Shown: one piece after another, positions 41,715-57,284 of the stretch
Layout of the letters: each line of letters opens with the position of its first letter
Position numbering within the stretch: position 1 is the stretch's first letter
Assembly: GCA_964016885.1 (NCBI GenBank)
Contig: OZ024745.1
Coordinates: forward strand, 98,022,001 to 98,086,000
Direction of reading: 5' to 3'
Source: Eledone cirrhosa
Lineage: Eukaryota
DNA length: 64,000 bases
Translations under genes and position numbers: made by a program
Notes under the pieces: generated by a model
What the model was told of the DNA's origin: nothing
Seen by the model: only the letters and a program-made list of their open reading frames with translations
Databases searched by the model: none

Positions 41715-44700
41715 ATATTACAGTATTTCAATATTACAGTATTACAATGGCACAGTATTACAATGGTACAGTATTACAATGGTACAGTATTACAATGGTA
41801 CAGTATTACAATGGTACAGGATTACAATGGTACAGTATTGCAATGGTACAGTATTACAATGGTACAGTATTACAATGGTACAGGATTACAATGGCACAGT
41901 ATTACAATGGTACAGTATTACAATGGTACAGTATTACAATGGTACAGTATTACAATGGTACAGGATTACAATGGTACAGTATTGCAATGGTACAGTATTA
42001 CAATGGTACAGTATTACAATGGTACAGTATTACAATGGTACAGGATTACAATGGTACAGTATTGCAATGGTACAGTATTACAATGGTACAGTATTACAAT
42101 GGTACAGGATTACAATGGTACAGTATTACAATGGTACAGTATTACAATGGTACAGGATTACAATGGTACAGTATTGCAATGGTACAGTATTATAATATTA
42201 CAGTATTACAATATTACAGTATTACAATATTACAGTATTACAATGGTACAGTATTACAATGGTACAGTATTATAATATTACAGTATCACAATATTACAGT
42301 ATTACAATATTACAGTATTACAATATTACAGTATTACAATGGTACAGTATTACAATATTACAGTATTACAATGGTACAGTATTACAATGGTACAGTATTA
42401 CAATATTACAGTATTACAATGATACAGTATTGCAATGGTACAGTATTACAATGGTACAGTATTACAATGGTACAGTATTATAATATTACAGTATTACAAT
42501 ATTACAGTATTATAATATTACAGTATTACAATGATACAGTATTACAATATTACAGTATTACAATGGTACAGTATTACAATATTACAGTATTACAATGGTA
42601 CAGTATTACAATATTACAGTATTACAATGATACAGTATTGCAATGGTACAGTATTACAATGGTACAGTATTATAATATTACAGTATTACAATGATACAGT
42701 ATTACAATATTACAGTGTTACAATGGTACAGTATTACAATATTACAGTATTACAATATTACAGTATTACAATGGTACAGTATTACAATATTAAAGTATTA
42801 CAATATTACAGTATTACAATGGTACAGTATTACAATATTACAGTATTACAATGGTACAGTATTACAATATTACAGTATTACAATATTACAGTATTACAAT
42901 GATACAGTATTACAATATTACAGTATTACAATGGTACAGTATTAAAATATTAAAGTGTTACAATGGTACAGTATTACAATGGTACAGTATTACAATGGTA
43001 CAGTATTATAATATTACAGTATTACAATATTACAGTATTACAATGGTACAGTATTACAATATTACAGTATTACAATATTACAGTATTATAATGGTACAGC
43101 ATTACAATATTACAGTATTACAATGGTACAGTATTACAATGGTACAGTATTACAATATTACAGTATTATAATATTACAGTATTACAATGGTACAGTATTA
43201 CAATATTACAGTATTACAATATTACAGTATTATAATATTACAGTATTACAATATTACAGTATTACAATGGTACAGTATTACAATGGTACAGTATTATAAT
43301 ATTACAGTATTACAATATTACAGTGTTACAATATTACAGTATTACAATGGTACAGTATTATAATATTACAGTATTACAATATTACAGTATTACAATATTA
43401 CAGTATTACAATGGTACAGTATTACAATGATACAGTATTATAATATTACAGTATTACAATATTACAGTATTACAATATTACAGTATTACAATATTACAGT
43501 ATTACAATATTACAGTTTTACAATGGTACAGTATTACAATGGTACAGTATTACAATATTACAGTATTACAATGATACAATATTACAATATTACAGTATTA
43601 CAATGGTACAGTATTACAATATTACAGTATTACAATATTACAGTGTTACAATGGTACAGTATTACAATGGTACAGTATTACAATATTACAGTATTACAAT
43701 ATTACAGTATTACAATGGTACAGTATTACAATATTACAGTATTACAATATTACAGTATTACAATGATACAGTATTACAATATTAAAGTGTTACAATGGTA
43801 CAGTATTACAATGGTACAGTATTACAATATTACAGTATTACAATGGTACAGTATTACAATATTACAGTATTACAATGATACAGTATTACAATATTACATT
43901 GTTACAATGGTACAGTATTACAATATTACAGTATTACAATGATACAGTATTACAATGGTACAGTATTATAATATTACAGTATTACAATGGTACAGTATTA
44001 CAATATTACAGTATTACAATGATACAGTATTAAAATATTACAGTATTAAAATATTACAGTATTACAATGGTACAGTATTACAATATTACAGTATTACAAT
44101 GGTACAGTATTACAATATTACAGTATTACAATGATACAGTATTACAATATTACAGTGTTACAATGGTACAGTATTACAATGGTACAGTATTACAATGGTA
44201 CAGTATTACAATATTACAGTATTACAATGATACAGTATTACAATATTACAGTGTTACAATATTACAGTATTGCAATGGTACAGGATTACAATGGTACAGT
44301 ATTACAATATTAAAGTATTACAATGGTACAGTATTACAATGGTACAGTATTACAATATTAAAGTGTTACAATATTACAGTATTACAATGGTACAGTATTA
44401 CAATATTAAAGTGTTACAATATTACAGTATTACAATGGTACAGTATTACAATGGTACAGTATTACAATGGTACAGGATTACAATATTACAGTATTACAAT
44501 GGTACAGTATTACAATGGTACAGTATTACAATATTACAGTATTACAATGGTACAGTATTACAATATTACAGTATTACAATGATACAGTATTACAATATTA
44601 CAGTGTTACAATATTACAGTATTACAATGGTACAGTATTACAATATTACAATATTACAATGGTACAGTATTACAATGGTACAGTATTACAATATTACAAT

Positions 44701-47700
44701 ATTACAATGGTACAGTATTACAATGGTACAGTATTACAATATTACAGTATTACAATATTACAGTATTACAATGGTACAGTATTACAATATTACAGTATTA
44801 CGATGATACAGTATTTCAATATTACAATATTACAATGGTACAGTATTACAATGATACACTATTACAATATTACAGTATTACAATGGTACAGTATTACAAT
44901 ATTACAGTATTACAATGGTACATTATTACAATGGTACAGTATTATAATATTACAGTATTACAATGGTACAGTATTATAATATTACAGTATTACAATGGTA
45001 CAGTATTACAATGGTACAGTATTACAATGGTGCAGTATTACAATATTACAGTATTACAATGGTACAGTATTACAATGGTACAGTATTACAATGATACAGT
45101 ATTACAATATTACAGTATTACAATGGTACAGTATTATAATATTACAGTATTACAAAATTACAGTATTACAATATTACAGTGTTACAATATTACAGTATTA
45201 TAATATTACAGTATTAGAATATTACAGTATTACAATGGTACAGTATTACAATGGTACAGTATTACAATGGTACAGTATTATAATATTACAGTATTACAAT
45301 GGTACAATATTACAATGGTACAGTATTATAATATTACAGCATTACAATATTACAGTATTACAATATTACAGTATTACAATGGTACATTATTATAATATTA
45401 CAGTATTACAATATTACAGTATTACAATATTACAGTATTACAATGGTACAGTATTACAATATTACAGTGTTACAATGGTACAGTATTATAATGGTACAGT
45501 ATTATAATATTACAGTATTACAATATTACAGCATTACAATATTACAGTATTACAATATTACAGTATTACAATGGTACAGTATTATAATATTACAGTATTA
45601 CAATATTACAGTATTACAATATTACAGTATTACAATATTACAGTATTACAATGGTACAGTATTATAATATTACAGTATTACAATATTACAGTATTACAAT
45701 ATTACAGTATTACAATGGTACAGTATTACAATTGTACAGTATTACAATATTACAGTATTACAATATTACAGTATTACAATATTACAGTATTACAATGGTA
45801 CAGTATTACAATATTACAGTATTACAATATTACAGTATTACAATGGTACAGTATTACAATTGTACAGTATTACAATATTACAGTATTACAATGGTACAGT
45901 ATTACAATGGTACAGTATTACAATATTACAGTATTACAATATTACAGTGTTACAATGGTACAGTATTACAATGGTACAGTATTATAATATTACAGTATTA
46001 CAATGGTACAGTATTACAATATTACAGTATTACAATGGTACAGTATTACAATGGTACAGTATTATAATATTACAGTATTACAATATTACAGTGTTACAAT
46101 GGTACAGTATTACAATGGTACAGTATTATAATATTACAGTATTACAATATTACAGTATTACAATATTACAGTATTACAATGGTACAGTATTACAATATTA
46201 CAGTATTACAATATTACAGTATTACAATGGTACAGTATTACAATGGTACAGTATTACAATATTACATTGTTACAATGGTACAGTATTACAATGGTACAGC
46301 ATTACAATATTACAGTATTACAATGGTACAGTATTACAATGGTACAGTATTACAATATTACATTGTTACAATGGTACAGTATTACAATGGTACAGTATTA
46401 CAATGGTACAGTATTACAATGGTACAGTATTACAATATTACAGTATTACAATATTACAGTATTACAATATTACAGTTTTACAATGGTACAGTATTACAAT
46501 GGTACAGTATTACAATGGTACAGTATTACAATGGTACAGTATTACAATGGTACAGTATTACAATATTACAGTATTACAATATTACAGTATTACAATATTA
46601 CAGTTTTACAATGGTACAGTATTACAATGGTACAGTATTACAATGGTACAGTATTACAATGGTACAGTATTACAATATTACAGTATTACAATATTACAGT
46701 GTTACAATGGTACAGCATTACAATATTACAGTGTTACAATGGTACAGCATTACAATATTACAGTATTACAATGGTACAGTATTACAATATTACATTGTTA
46801 CAATGGTACAGTATTACAATGGTACAGTATTACAATATTACAGTATTACAATGGTACAGCATTACAATATTACAGTATTACAATGGTACAGTATTAAAAT
46901 ATTACAGTATTACAATATTACAATATTACAATGGTACAGTGTGACAATATTACAGTATTACAATGGTACAGTATTACAATAGTACAGTATTACAATGGTA
47001 CAGTATTAAAATATTACAGTATTACAATATTACAGTATTACAATGGTACAGTATTACAATGGTACAGTATTACAATGGTACAGTATTACAATGGTACAGT
47101 GTGATAATAGTACAGTATTACAATATTACAGTATTACAATGGTACAGTATTACAATAGTACATTATTACAATATTTCAGTATTACAATATTACAGTATTA
47201 CAATGGTACAGTATTACAATACTACAGTATTACAATTGTACAGTATTACAATATTACAGTGTTACAATATTACAGTATTACAATGGTACAGTATTACAAT
47301 GATACAGTATTACAATGGTACAGTGTGACAATATTACAGTATTACAATGGTACAGTATTACAATGGTACAGTATTAAAATATTACAGTATTACAATATTA
47401 CAGTATTACAATGGTACAGTGTGACAATAGTACAGTATTACAATGGTACAGTATTACAATGGTACAGTATTACAATAGTACAGTATTACAATGGTACAGT
47501 ATTACAATACTTCAGTATTACAATATTACAGTATTACAATGGTACAGTGTGACAATACTACAGTATTACAATTGTACAGTATTACAATGGTACAGTATTA
47601 CAATATTACAGTGTTACAATATTACAGTATTACAATGGTACAGTATTACAATGGTACAGTATTACAATGGTACAGTGTGATAATAGTACAGTATTACAAT

Positions 47701-47817
47701 ATTACAGTATTACAATGGTACAGTATTACAATAGTACAATATTACGATGGTACAGTATTAAAATATTACAGTATTACAATATTACAGTATTACAATGGTA
47801 CAGTATTACAATGGTAC
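41715..47817. repeat. ~6.1-kb satellite, 16-bp unit TACAGTATTACAAT(GG/AT) built from two 8-mers
   Basis: Seen directly. Confidence 0.97.
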
Positions 47818-47900
47818 ATAATATTTGCCAGAGTGGGTTTCGTAAAGACCAACGAAACAACCACTATGCATTGAAAATAGATGTTTTATTTTATAAGTAA

Positions 47901-48659
47901 CTAGCAGAATAGCCCGGCCTTGCTCGGGATTCTAAACATAGATTGGCATGTTTATCCCTCCTTTCTGAAACAGTTTCGTCGTATGTTCACCAATTGATGC
48001 AGAAGTCCTAATAAAAAGTGAAGTCGCCTTGGGTGGATAAGCAAATAATTTTCCATTAAGATTTTTCAAAAGCATGTAATTGCGTTCCCTCTCTATTTTG
48101 TTGTTGCTTTTGCTGCTGTCGGGCCTCGTGAAATAAATCGTTTGTTTATATTTTGTTATTATGTATGCAAAAGTATCTGTACACGAATATATAATTATAT
48201 ATATATATATATATTAAAATGACAGATTAAAGTTTAAGCGAAGAATCGCTGCTGTCACCCTTAATGGGATCTTCTGAAACTAAAAAAATCAATCTGTGAA
48301 CGCAGAAGTAAATATCTCGAAAAACGTTACACACTATATATACATATATACACACACAAATAGCGTCATAATGTCGTAATGCAGACAGCCAGAAATACAG
48401 ACAGATGTTATAAGGGCGCGACGTCGTAGCTATGTATCTATCTAAAAAGACAGACTAAGAATTATAGAGAGATCGCTAAACGGCGCCTAATGCGGTCCCT
48501 AGGGCATTGAAAATTTGAAATATATTTTGCTTAAAACACTCACACGACCATAAGTATTACATGTGTAAAGTTTGAAACAATCGGTTGGGTGGTTCTCGAG
48601 TGTTAGGGAGTCAAACAGACAGATAGAGAGACAGACATTCACTGTTTTAGATATATAGA
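47901..48659 (-). mobile_element. Non-autonomous Helitron
   Basis: Minus strand A|TCTATATATCTAAAA...CCCGAGCAAGGCCGGG hairpin...CTAG|T, inserted at AT. Confidence 0.8.
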
Positions 48660-48772
48660 TATGTACACACAAATTATATATGTTATATACACACACACAA
48701 ATAATATATGAACTGCTTAATTATACACACACAAACACAAATATTTGTATATATATATATATACACACACAC

Positions 48773-48871
<99 letters not shown>

Positions 48872-49147
48872 TACATGAATCAAAGTTCAGTTTAAATCAT
48901 TTATTTGCTTACAATTGTTTCCTCCAAACCGAGGTTTGAATTCTTCGGAGCAACTATTTAGTGATTTTTTACATACTTGACCTCCTTTTCAACACAAGAG
49001 ACATATAAAAACATATGTATATATTGACCCACTGTCTTTCACTATTTAGAGTTTAAAATATATATAACCATAAAAGGTTTTATTATATACATAACCATAA
49101 ATAGTATCCTTAATACTATATATATATATATATATAAATATATATCT

Positions 49148-49281
<134 letters not shown>

Positions 49282-49496
49282 GTTAAAAATGTACATCCAC
49301 ATATGTATACTGAAATACTAGTATGCATATGAATACACACACGTATACATATGTAGATGTACCAAGTTTTTCACTGGTCACTTTACTGTGAGTGTCCAGC
49401 TATTCTGTATGTAAACACACAGACAAACCGGTTTTTAGAGTCATACTGGTTTTTGAGGAAACGCCTTTCCTCTATTCTCCAGAAAGCCAGACAAGG

Positions 49497-49541
49497 AATA
49501 TTGAACTAGTTTCGTTGTTGTTACAACTCATCAGCAATATT
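49497..49541 (-). ncRNA. Canonical type I hammerhead with palindromic stem III
   Basis: AATATTG-CTGATGA-GTTG(taacaa)CAAC-GAAA-CTAG-TT-CAATATT. Confidence 0.85.
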
Positions 49542-49695
49542 TACCTATCTCCCGGCCTTTCTGGAGAATTGTAAAAGCACATATCGTTATATGCTTTTTC
49601 TATGAAAATTAGTAGTGGGCAGACTAATTTGCATAGAGTGTGAGTACGTACCGGTTCAACGGAGACGATGGGTACTTAATTACATATATATATAT

Positions 49696-51092
<1,397 letters not shown>

Positions 51093-51117
51093 GTAATTAA
51101 GTAGTAGCCCTTATATC

Positions 51118-51148
<31 letters not shown>

Positions 51149-51449
51149 TATATTCCTACAAACTGTTAATTCTTTTTAAATTCACGTAAATACAAACTTT
51201 TCTTTCTTTCTCTTTCTTCTTCCTACACATACATATATATATCCTAATAATTATTTAAATCTACCTAGCGTCTAAAAATAACGTTTTTTTTTTCAGCCCT
51301 ATACCTCAACCTCATGTGCATACTCATCTTAATAATTTGAAATGTTTGACTTCTCTTCTCTTTCCCTTCTTTCCTATTACTTTCCAGGAAAAACTTGAAC
51401 CGTTAAGACCTTCTTCCTGGATATGTCAATATTTAGAAAACAAACTTTG

Positions 51450-51510
51450 TATTTTATCTGATGAGTGCGTACCAAAGTTTTGGTACCCTTGAAATATATA
51501 TAATAGAATA
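51450..51510 (+). ncRNA. Type I hammerhead with TATATA stem III
   Basis: TATTTTAT-CTGATGA-G..GTACCAA(agtt)TTGGTAC..T-GAAA-TATATA-TA-ATAGAATA. Confidence 0.72.
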
Positions 51511-51810
51511 AATGTGGTTTTATAAATATAGTTTCCATTTATTTAATATCATTGATATATTATACTCCAGAAAACTTGTCGAGTGCTTTGAATCAGTTAT
51601 AAACATATATACTTGTTGAATTACCAACAAATTAAATACCCCTTTCGACGGCTATTTCTGGACTCCAGAATAGAGTCCAGAAATAGCCGTCGAAACGGCT
51701 TGATCTCTGCCGTCGGGGTTAAATATTTTCCTATTGCCCACTCTACTACCCCAAGTATTGAGTACTCTGGTGCGTTATGGTCCACCTGGTTCCTTACCAC
51801 ACTCTCTTAG

Positions 51811-51861
<51 letters not shown>

Positions 51862-51878
51862 TGTATGCATAGTATATT

Positions 51879-52105
51879 TGTTTAATTAAAAACATTTTGA
51901 AAACCTTACGCTATCTTTTTTAAAGTAGTGACTATATTACTTACTTCTTTTTGGAGAAAGAAGGCAGAGAAGCTAACAGTCTGTTTCATGCTGTTGGCAA
52001 TCATCAGAATCCAGCTTCTATAATTTTCGCCGAAAAGAAGTAAGTGACATAGTCACTACTTTAAAAAAGATAGCGTAAGGTCTTCAAAATGTTTTTAATT
52101 AAACA
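51879..52105. mobile_element. Fold-back repeat with a decayed hammerhead (51972-52011, minus); same family as 34225-34385
   Basis: ~80-bp inverted arms; minus strand CTGATGA-T-TGC(caaca)GCA-T-GAAA-CAGACTG-TT. Confidence 0.7.
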
Positions 52106-52152
52106 TACGGTATATTGCCAAATATATTTCAGAGCACCAATCCTAATACTTA

Positions 52153-52219
<67 letters not shown>

Positions 52220-52487
52220 AGTATATATATATATATATATGTAATTAAGTATCCCATATATCATATATATATATATATTTCTTTTCAATGGCTGACAATA
52301 CCTTACCGGCGCCACTCGAATAAGGTAGTTATTTAACCCATAAATGGAGCCCAAACAGGTACTACCACCCCGGGCCAGGGCAGACCTGGGAGTCATGACA
52401 ACTAAGGGGTAACTCCACATTCCCCACATCTCCTGAACTCCCGAACTGGAGCCTTGCCACTGGATGTAGTTTAATGTCATACCCAGA

Positions 52488-52731
52488 GTAACACAGAGGA
52501 GACTGAGGTTAGCTGGACATGCTCACCGACATCCAGAGTTGACATTGCACTCAGTACTCCTTTGGGAGCCCCTACATGGACACACTAGAAGAGGAAGACC
52601 AAGGTTAACGTATGTTGATGCCCTAAGGACAGACACTGGTCTGTTGGAGACGCAGGACATGGCAGCGATAATGATGGACAGAGACCGCTGGAGAGAACTT
52701 GTCCATGGATCTCGGGAATTTTACCCGCCTT

Positions 52732-52733
<2 letters not shown>
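52488..52733 (+). pseudogene. RTE-clade LINE 3' end, preceded by an unassigned repeat-like segment at ~52310-52485
   Basis: RRLRLAGHAHRH...VLLWEPLHGHTRRGRPRLTYVD...DRDRWRELV. Confidence 0.8.
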
Positions 52734-52788
<55 letters not shown>

Positions 52789-52821
52789 TACATGTCTCGC
52801 TCGCTTCACGCTATATTACTT

Positions 52822-52923
52822 GTCCCAATAGCTTCATTTAGCTATTGCTCGCATCAACTAGGAGTATATGATTTTTAAAGCGATGAAATACCAATGAAGG
52901 TTGGAAAATCACTGATGAAGGAC
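52822..52923 (+). ncRNA. Non-circularly permuted hammerhead-like RNA, intact core
   Basis: GTCC-CAATAGCT(tcattt)AGCTATTG-c-TCGC-a-TCAAC..GTA-TA-TGATTTT-taaa-GCGA-T-GAAA-TAC..GTTGG-AAAATCA-CTGATGA-A-GGAC. Confidence 0.78.
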
Positions 52924-53340
52924 TAATTTTATTCATATGTAACCCATGTGCAACCACGCAGCATTCCATTCTTCTCATATTTATATTTTTTCCTCAGCTG
53001 CGCTTGTCTGTTTCTTTCTTACTGCTTCCCCCTCTCTCTGTATCTCTCACCTTCTTTTACCCCCTCTGCTCGGTCACACTCTCTCGACTGGCCTCTTCCT
53101 CACACTTCCACTCACTCACTCTCTGCTTCTCCCCTTCTCTCACTTCCTCCCGTTTGACCTGTGTGAAATCCTTTTCTCGCTCACATCTCACCCATGTCGG
53201 ATGGTCTGTATATCTCTCTCGCCTATGAATTCACCAAGCTTAAGCTTAATAGATATCATGGACTTGTTTCTTCCTATCTTTCTGTTGCAATACCATCTTT
53301 GTTTGTTTACATGTCTCGCTTGCTTCACGCTATATTACTT

Positions 53341-53441
53341 GCCCCAATAGCTTTCTTAGCTATTGCTCGCACCAACTAGAGGTATATGATTTTTAAAGCG
53401 ATGAAATACCAATGAAGGTTGTAAAATCACTGATCAAGGAC
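53341..53441 (+). ncRNA. Second copy of the permuted hammerhead (core changed to CTGATCA)
   Basis: Direct repeat of 52822-52923 with GGTA/TACC stem III and G8 changed to C. Confidence 0.65.
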
Positions 53442-53449
53442 TAATTTTA

Positions 53450-53517
<68 letters not shown>

Positions 53518-53819
53518 TTTACATATATATATACATATATATACATATACGTGCTTTAAATGTATTCTATTTTCTCCTAGTTTATTTTACACTTTATTCT
53601 GTTTAATTGACTGTATCTGGGCGATTACGCTGTCGAAATATTCGATAAATATTCCGTTGCGGCCGACGTGAAGGGCTAGTTTCGGTTATTTGTTGGAGAT
53701 TTCTTCATAGAAGCCTCATTCTTATAGCCTGGTCTATTCGATTTTTTATATAGTTAATTATGCTAATTGGGAGAGGAAATGGTATATATTTTATCTTGTG
53801 ATTTTATAGACATGTTTTA

Positions 53820-53931
<112 letters not shown>

Positions 53932-53993
53932 TTATATTTCATTTCTGAATTTGTTTAGCAAGATTCTTTATCTGAAATCGTGTGTTGAAACCG

Positions 53994-54262
53994 ATATTGT
54001 TATACTTTGGGAGGGTCATGTTGCCAATAAGAAACACACGCACCAGTTGCTTTCACTTCAATTTAATTTAATATATATTTATAAATTTACAAATTTATAA
54101 ATTTCTGGTTGGTTGGTTGGTTCCACACAGAGGAACCAACCAACCAACCAGAAATTTATAAATTTGTAAATTTATAAATATATATTAAATTAAATTGAAG
54201 TGAAAGCAACTGGTGCGTGTGTTTCTTATTGGCAACATGACCCTCCCAAAGTATAACAATAT
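53994..54262. mobile_element. Palindrome with 131-bp arms made of the PLE 3' repeat seen at 11659-11781
   Basis: GGAACCAACC...GAAAGCAACTGGTGCGTGTGTTTCTTATTGGCAACATGACCCT is shared with 11659-11781; loop ACACAGA. Confidence 0.85.
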
Positions 54263-54574
54263 TTATTTATACATATATTTATATATTTGACTTCGTCAAA
54301 TCAGGCCAAGGAAACAATATTTCCATTGGTCTTTCCAACTTTCCAATTGCTAATACTATCTACCGGTCGCAAATCCAGGCAGAAGGAGCTACGTGAAAGG
54401 ACACAGTGTATCGTCCGGTCCGGGAATCGAACTCACAACACCTCACGGTTGCGAATACTGTATAACAAGATAAATCAAATAAATTTAACAAATGTCGGAA
54501 ACTAACAAAATAGGATACAGTGTAGGTGTAAAAATATATTCTGTACCATCACCCATACCACCACTTCTACCATC

Positions 54575-55208
54575 AATCCCACCAACACCACTACCACCAA
54601 CATCATCGCCAGTCATCACCATTTACACCAAAACTACCTCCACCACAACCACCACCATCACTACCATCACCAACACTCCACCATCAACCCCACCAACACC
54701 ACTACCACCAACATCATCGCCAGTCATCACCATTTACACCAAAACTACCTCCCCCACAACCCCACCAACACCACTACCACCAACATCATCGCCAGTCATC
54801 ACCATTTACACCAAAACTACCTCCACCACAACCACCACCATCACTACCATCACCAACACTCCACCATCAACCCCACCAACACCACTACCACCAACATCAT
54901 CGCCAGTCATCACCATTTACACCAAAACTACCTCCCCCACAACCCCACCAACACCACTACCACCAACATCATCGCCAGTCATCACCATTTACACCAAAAC
55001 TACCTCCACCACAACCACCACCATCACTACCATCACCAACACTCCACCATCAACCCCACCAACACCACTACCACAAACATCATCGCCACAGTCATCACCA
55101 TTTCCACCATCACCATTATTACTACCACTCCAACACTACCATCATCGCAACTACTACCACAACCACAACCACCACCACCACCACCACCACCACCACTACC
55201 ACTACCCT

Positions 55209-55268
<60 letters not shown>

Positions 55269-55510
55269 CATCACCGCCACCACCATCACCAAAACCACCG
55301 CCACCACAACACCACCACGACTACCATCACCACCACCACCACCACCCAAACTACCCCCACCACCAAAACCACCACCACCACCACCCTAACTACCCCACCA
55401 CCAAAACCACCACCACCACCACCACCCAAACTACCCCACCACCAAAACCACCACCACCACCACCACTTCCATCACCACCACTACTACCACCACCACTACC
55501 ACCACTATCT
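54575..55510. repeat. ACC-rich higher-order tandem repeat (alternating ~120/60-bp units), then (CAC)n/(TAC)n
   Basis: CCCACCAACACCACTACCACCAACATCATCGCCAGTCATCACCATTTACACCAAAACTACCTCC repeated five times. Confidence 0.9.
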
Positions 55511-56006
55511 TTCTCTTTTTCTTTCTATTCCCCCCCCCCACACACACACACACACTTACCATCCCTTTTCTACGGAGTAACAGACATTTTACGCCATAGA
55601 TATACCAGCTTTAAAGAATGTGTATGATACTAGACAGATACAAGAGAAATGCCATGAGAAGCACAGTAATCTGAACAGTATCATGCTTACCTTATCAAAA
55701 CGTTTTCAGTATCAGTATTGACGGATATTGGAAAGTAAGGTCTATCAATCGATAATTCTTGCACGCTCTGATAGCTCAGACAGAATTATGTTTCATATTT
55801 AATATACTTCATCATAATGTTCACTACCATTCTCACCTTTACTTTTTAACATTACCACAGAGAACAATATGTATAATCTCATCTTCCAGAAGGTGAAAAT
55901 ATAAATACAAATGGAAAAACGAGAAAAATAATAATAAAGGATTCCCTTTTTTTCTTTGATATTGAATATTCACTTGATATATCTTCAGAACAGAGAATAG
56001 ATGGTG

Positions 56007-56047
<41 letters not shown>

Positions 56048-56087
56048 GATATTAAACAAATGGAAACTATATTTATAAAACCATATT

Positions 56088-56153
56088 TATTTCGTTATAT
56101 ATATTTCTGGGATATCATATTAAAAATATGGTATGCCTTCCTCAGACAAAATA
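56088..56153 (-). ncRNA. Type I hammerhead with TATATA stem III
   Basis: TATTTTGT-CTGAGGA-AGGC-ATACCATATT(ttt)AATATGATAT-CCCA-GAAA-TATATA-TA-ACGAAATA. Confidence 0.68.
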
Positions 56154-56314
56154 CAATATATAAGCTGTTTTATAAATAATTTTGACATACCTTAGAATAA
56201 TGCAACTTCCATTTAAAAAGTTGATTTGGTAGTGAAACTGTTGAGGACAGTTATAGAGAAAGATTATATATATATATAAACACTACAGTGCAGTGTTTAT
56301 ATATATAAATAAAC

Positions 56315-57118
56315 ACAGTACTTGGCTGATACTTTATAATATCGACTCCGGAAGGATGAAAGGCAAAGTTGATCTTGGCAGGATTTGAACTCAGAGGGTA
56401 ACGAGTCAGAAAGAAATACCACGTTCTGGCATAGATAACGATAGGTGAATGCTGTTGTGATACAGTGATAATTCAGTATGTCTGCTCTGATGAACAAATG
56501 CAAAATTCCAGTCTAAAATGCATTTTTCCCCACAAAGAGAATATTACAGATAGCACTAATAATTGTTTCTACTTCGGGCACAAGGCCACCAATTATCCAG
56601 TACATTACTGGTACTTTATTTTATCGACCCCGTATGGATGAAAGGCAAAGTTAACCTCGGCGGGATTTGAACTCAGATCATAAAGAGGCGTAACTATGCT
56701 GGAAAGCATGTCCGACCCTCTACCGATACTGCCAATTCACCGCCTTTCAGATAACATTAATAATTGTTTCTACTTTAAACACAAGGTCAGCAATTACCCA
56801 GTACATTACTGGTACTTTATTTTATCGACCCCGTAAGGATGAAAGACAAAGTTAACCTCGGCCGGATTTGAAAGATAGCACTAATAATTGTTTCTACTTT
56901 AGGCACAAGGCCAGCAATTATCCAGTGCATTACTGGTACTTTATTTTATCGACCCCGTAAGGATGAAAGGAAAAGTCAACCTCGGCGGGATTTGAACTCA
57001 GATCGTAAAGGGAATTAACTATGCTGGAAAGCATGGCGTCCGACCCTCTACCGATTCTGCCAATCCACCACCCTAGCATGGCGTCCGACCCTCTACCGAT
57101 ACTGCCAATCCACCGCCC
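56315..57118 (-). mobile_element. Cluster of 4-5 family A SINE copies and fragments
   Basis: Repeated reverse-complement family A motifs, several separated by GATAGCACTAATAAT. Confidence 0.85.
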
Positions 57119-57284
57119 TGATAGCACTAATAATAAAGATAGCACTAATAATAACACTAAATCACCTACGTATGTTTGTACCCAAAGCTGTTAAATCTCT
57201 GAACACCATTTAATACTGTCAATTACATGTTCCATTCTAAAGTCTAAAGTCTGTCTTAAGCCAGAAAGCTCATTTGACCAGTGC

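Larger units (their letters stand above)
52783..53457 (+). mobile_element. Retrozyme-like non-coding element, 519-nt unit with ~155-nt terminal redundancy, in (TA)n
   Basis: TGTTTACATGTCTCGC at 52785 and 53304; both repeats carry the permuted hammerhead motif. Confidence 0.78.

Noticed and set aside
41710-47900. Many long ORFs (MVQYYNGTVLQWYSIT...) or a CRISPR-like array
   Set aside because: Translation of a 16-bp satellite; no unique spacers and no cas genes.
53600-53750. GAAAC...GTC motif on the minus strand
   Set aside because: No CUGANGA with a matching stem II found.
54492-55580. 362-aa mucin-like Pro/Thr ORF
   Set aside because: ACC-rich tandem repeat running into poly-His/Tyr microsatellites; no signal peptide or splice evidence.
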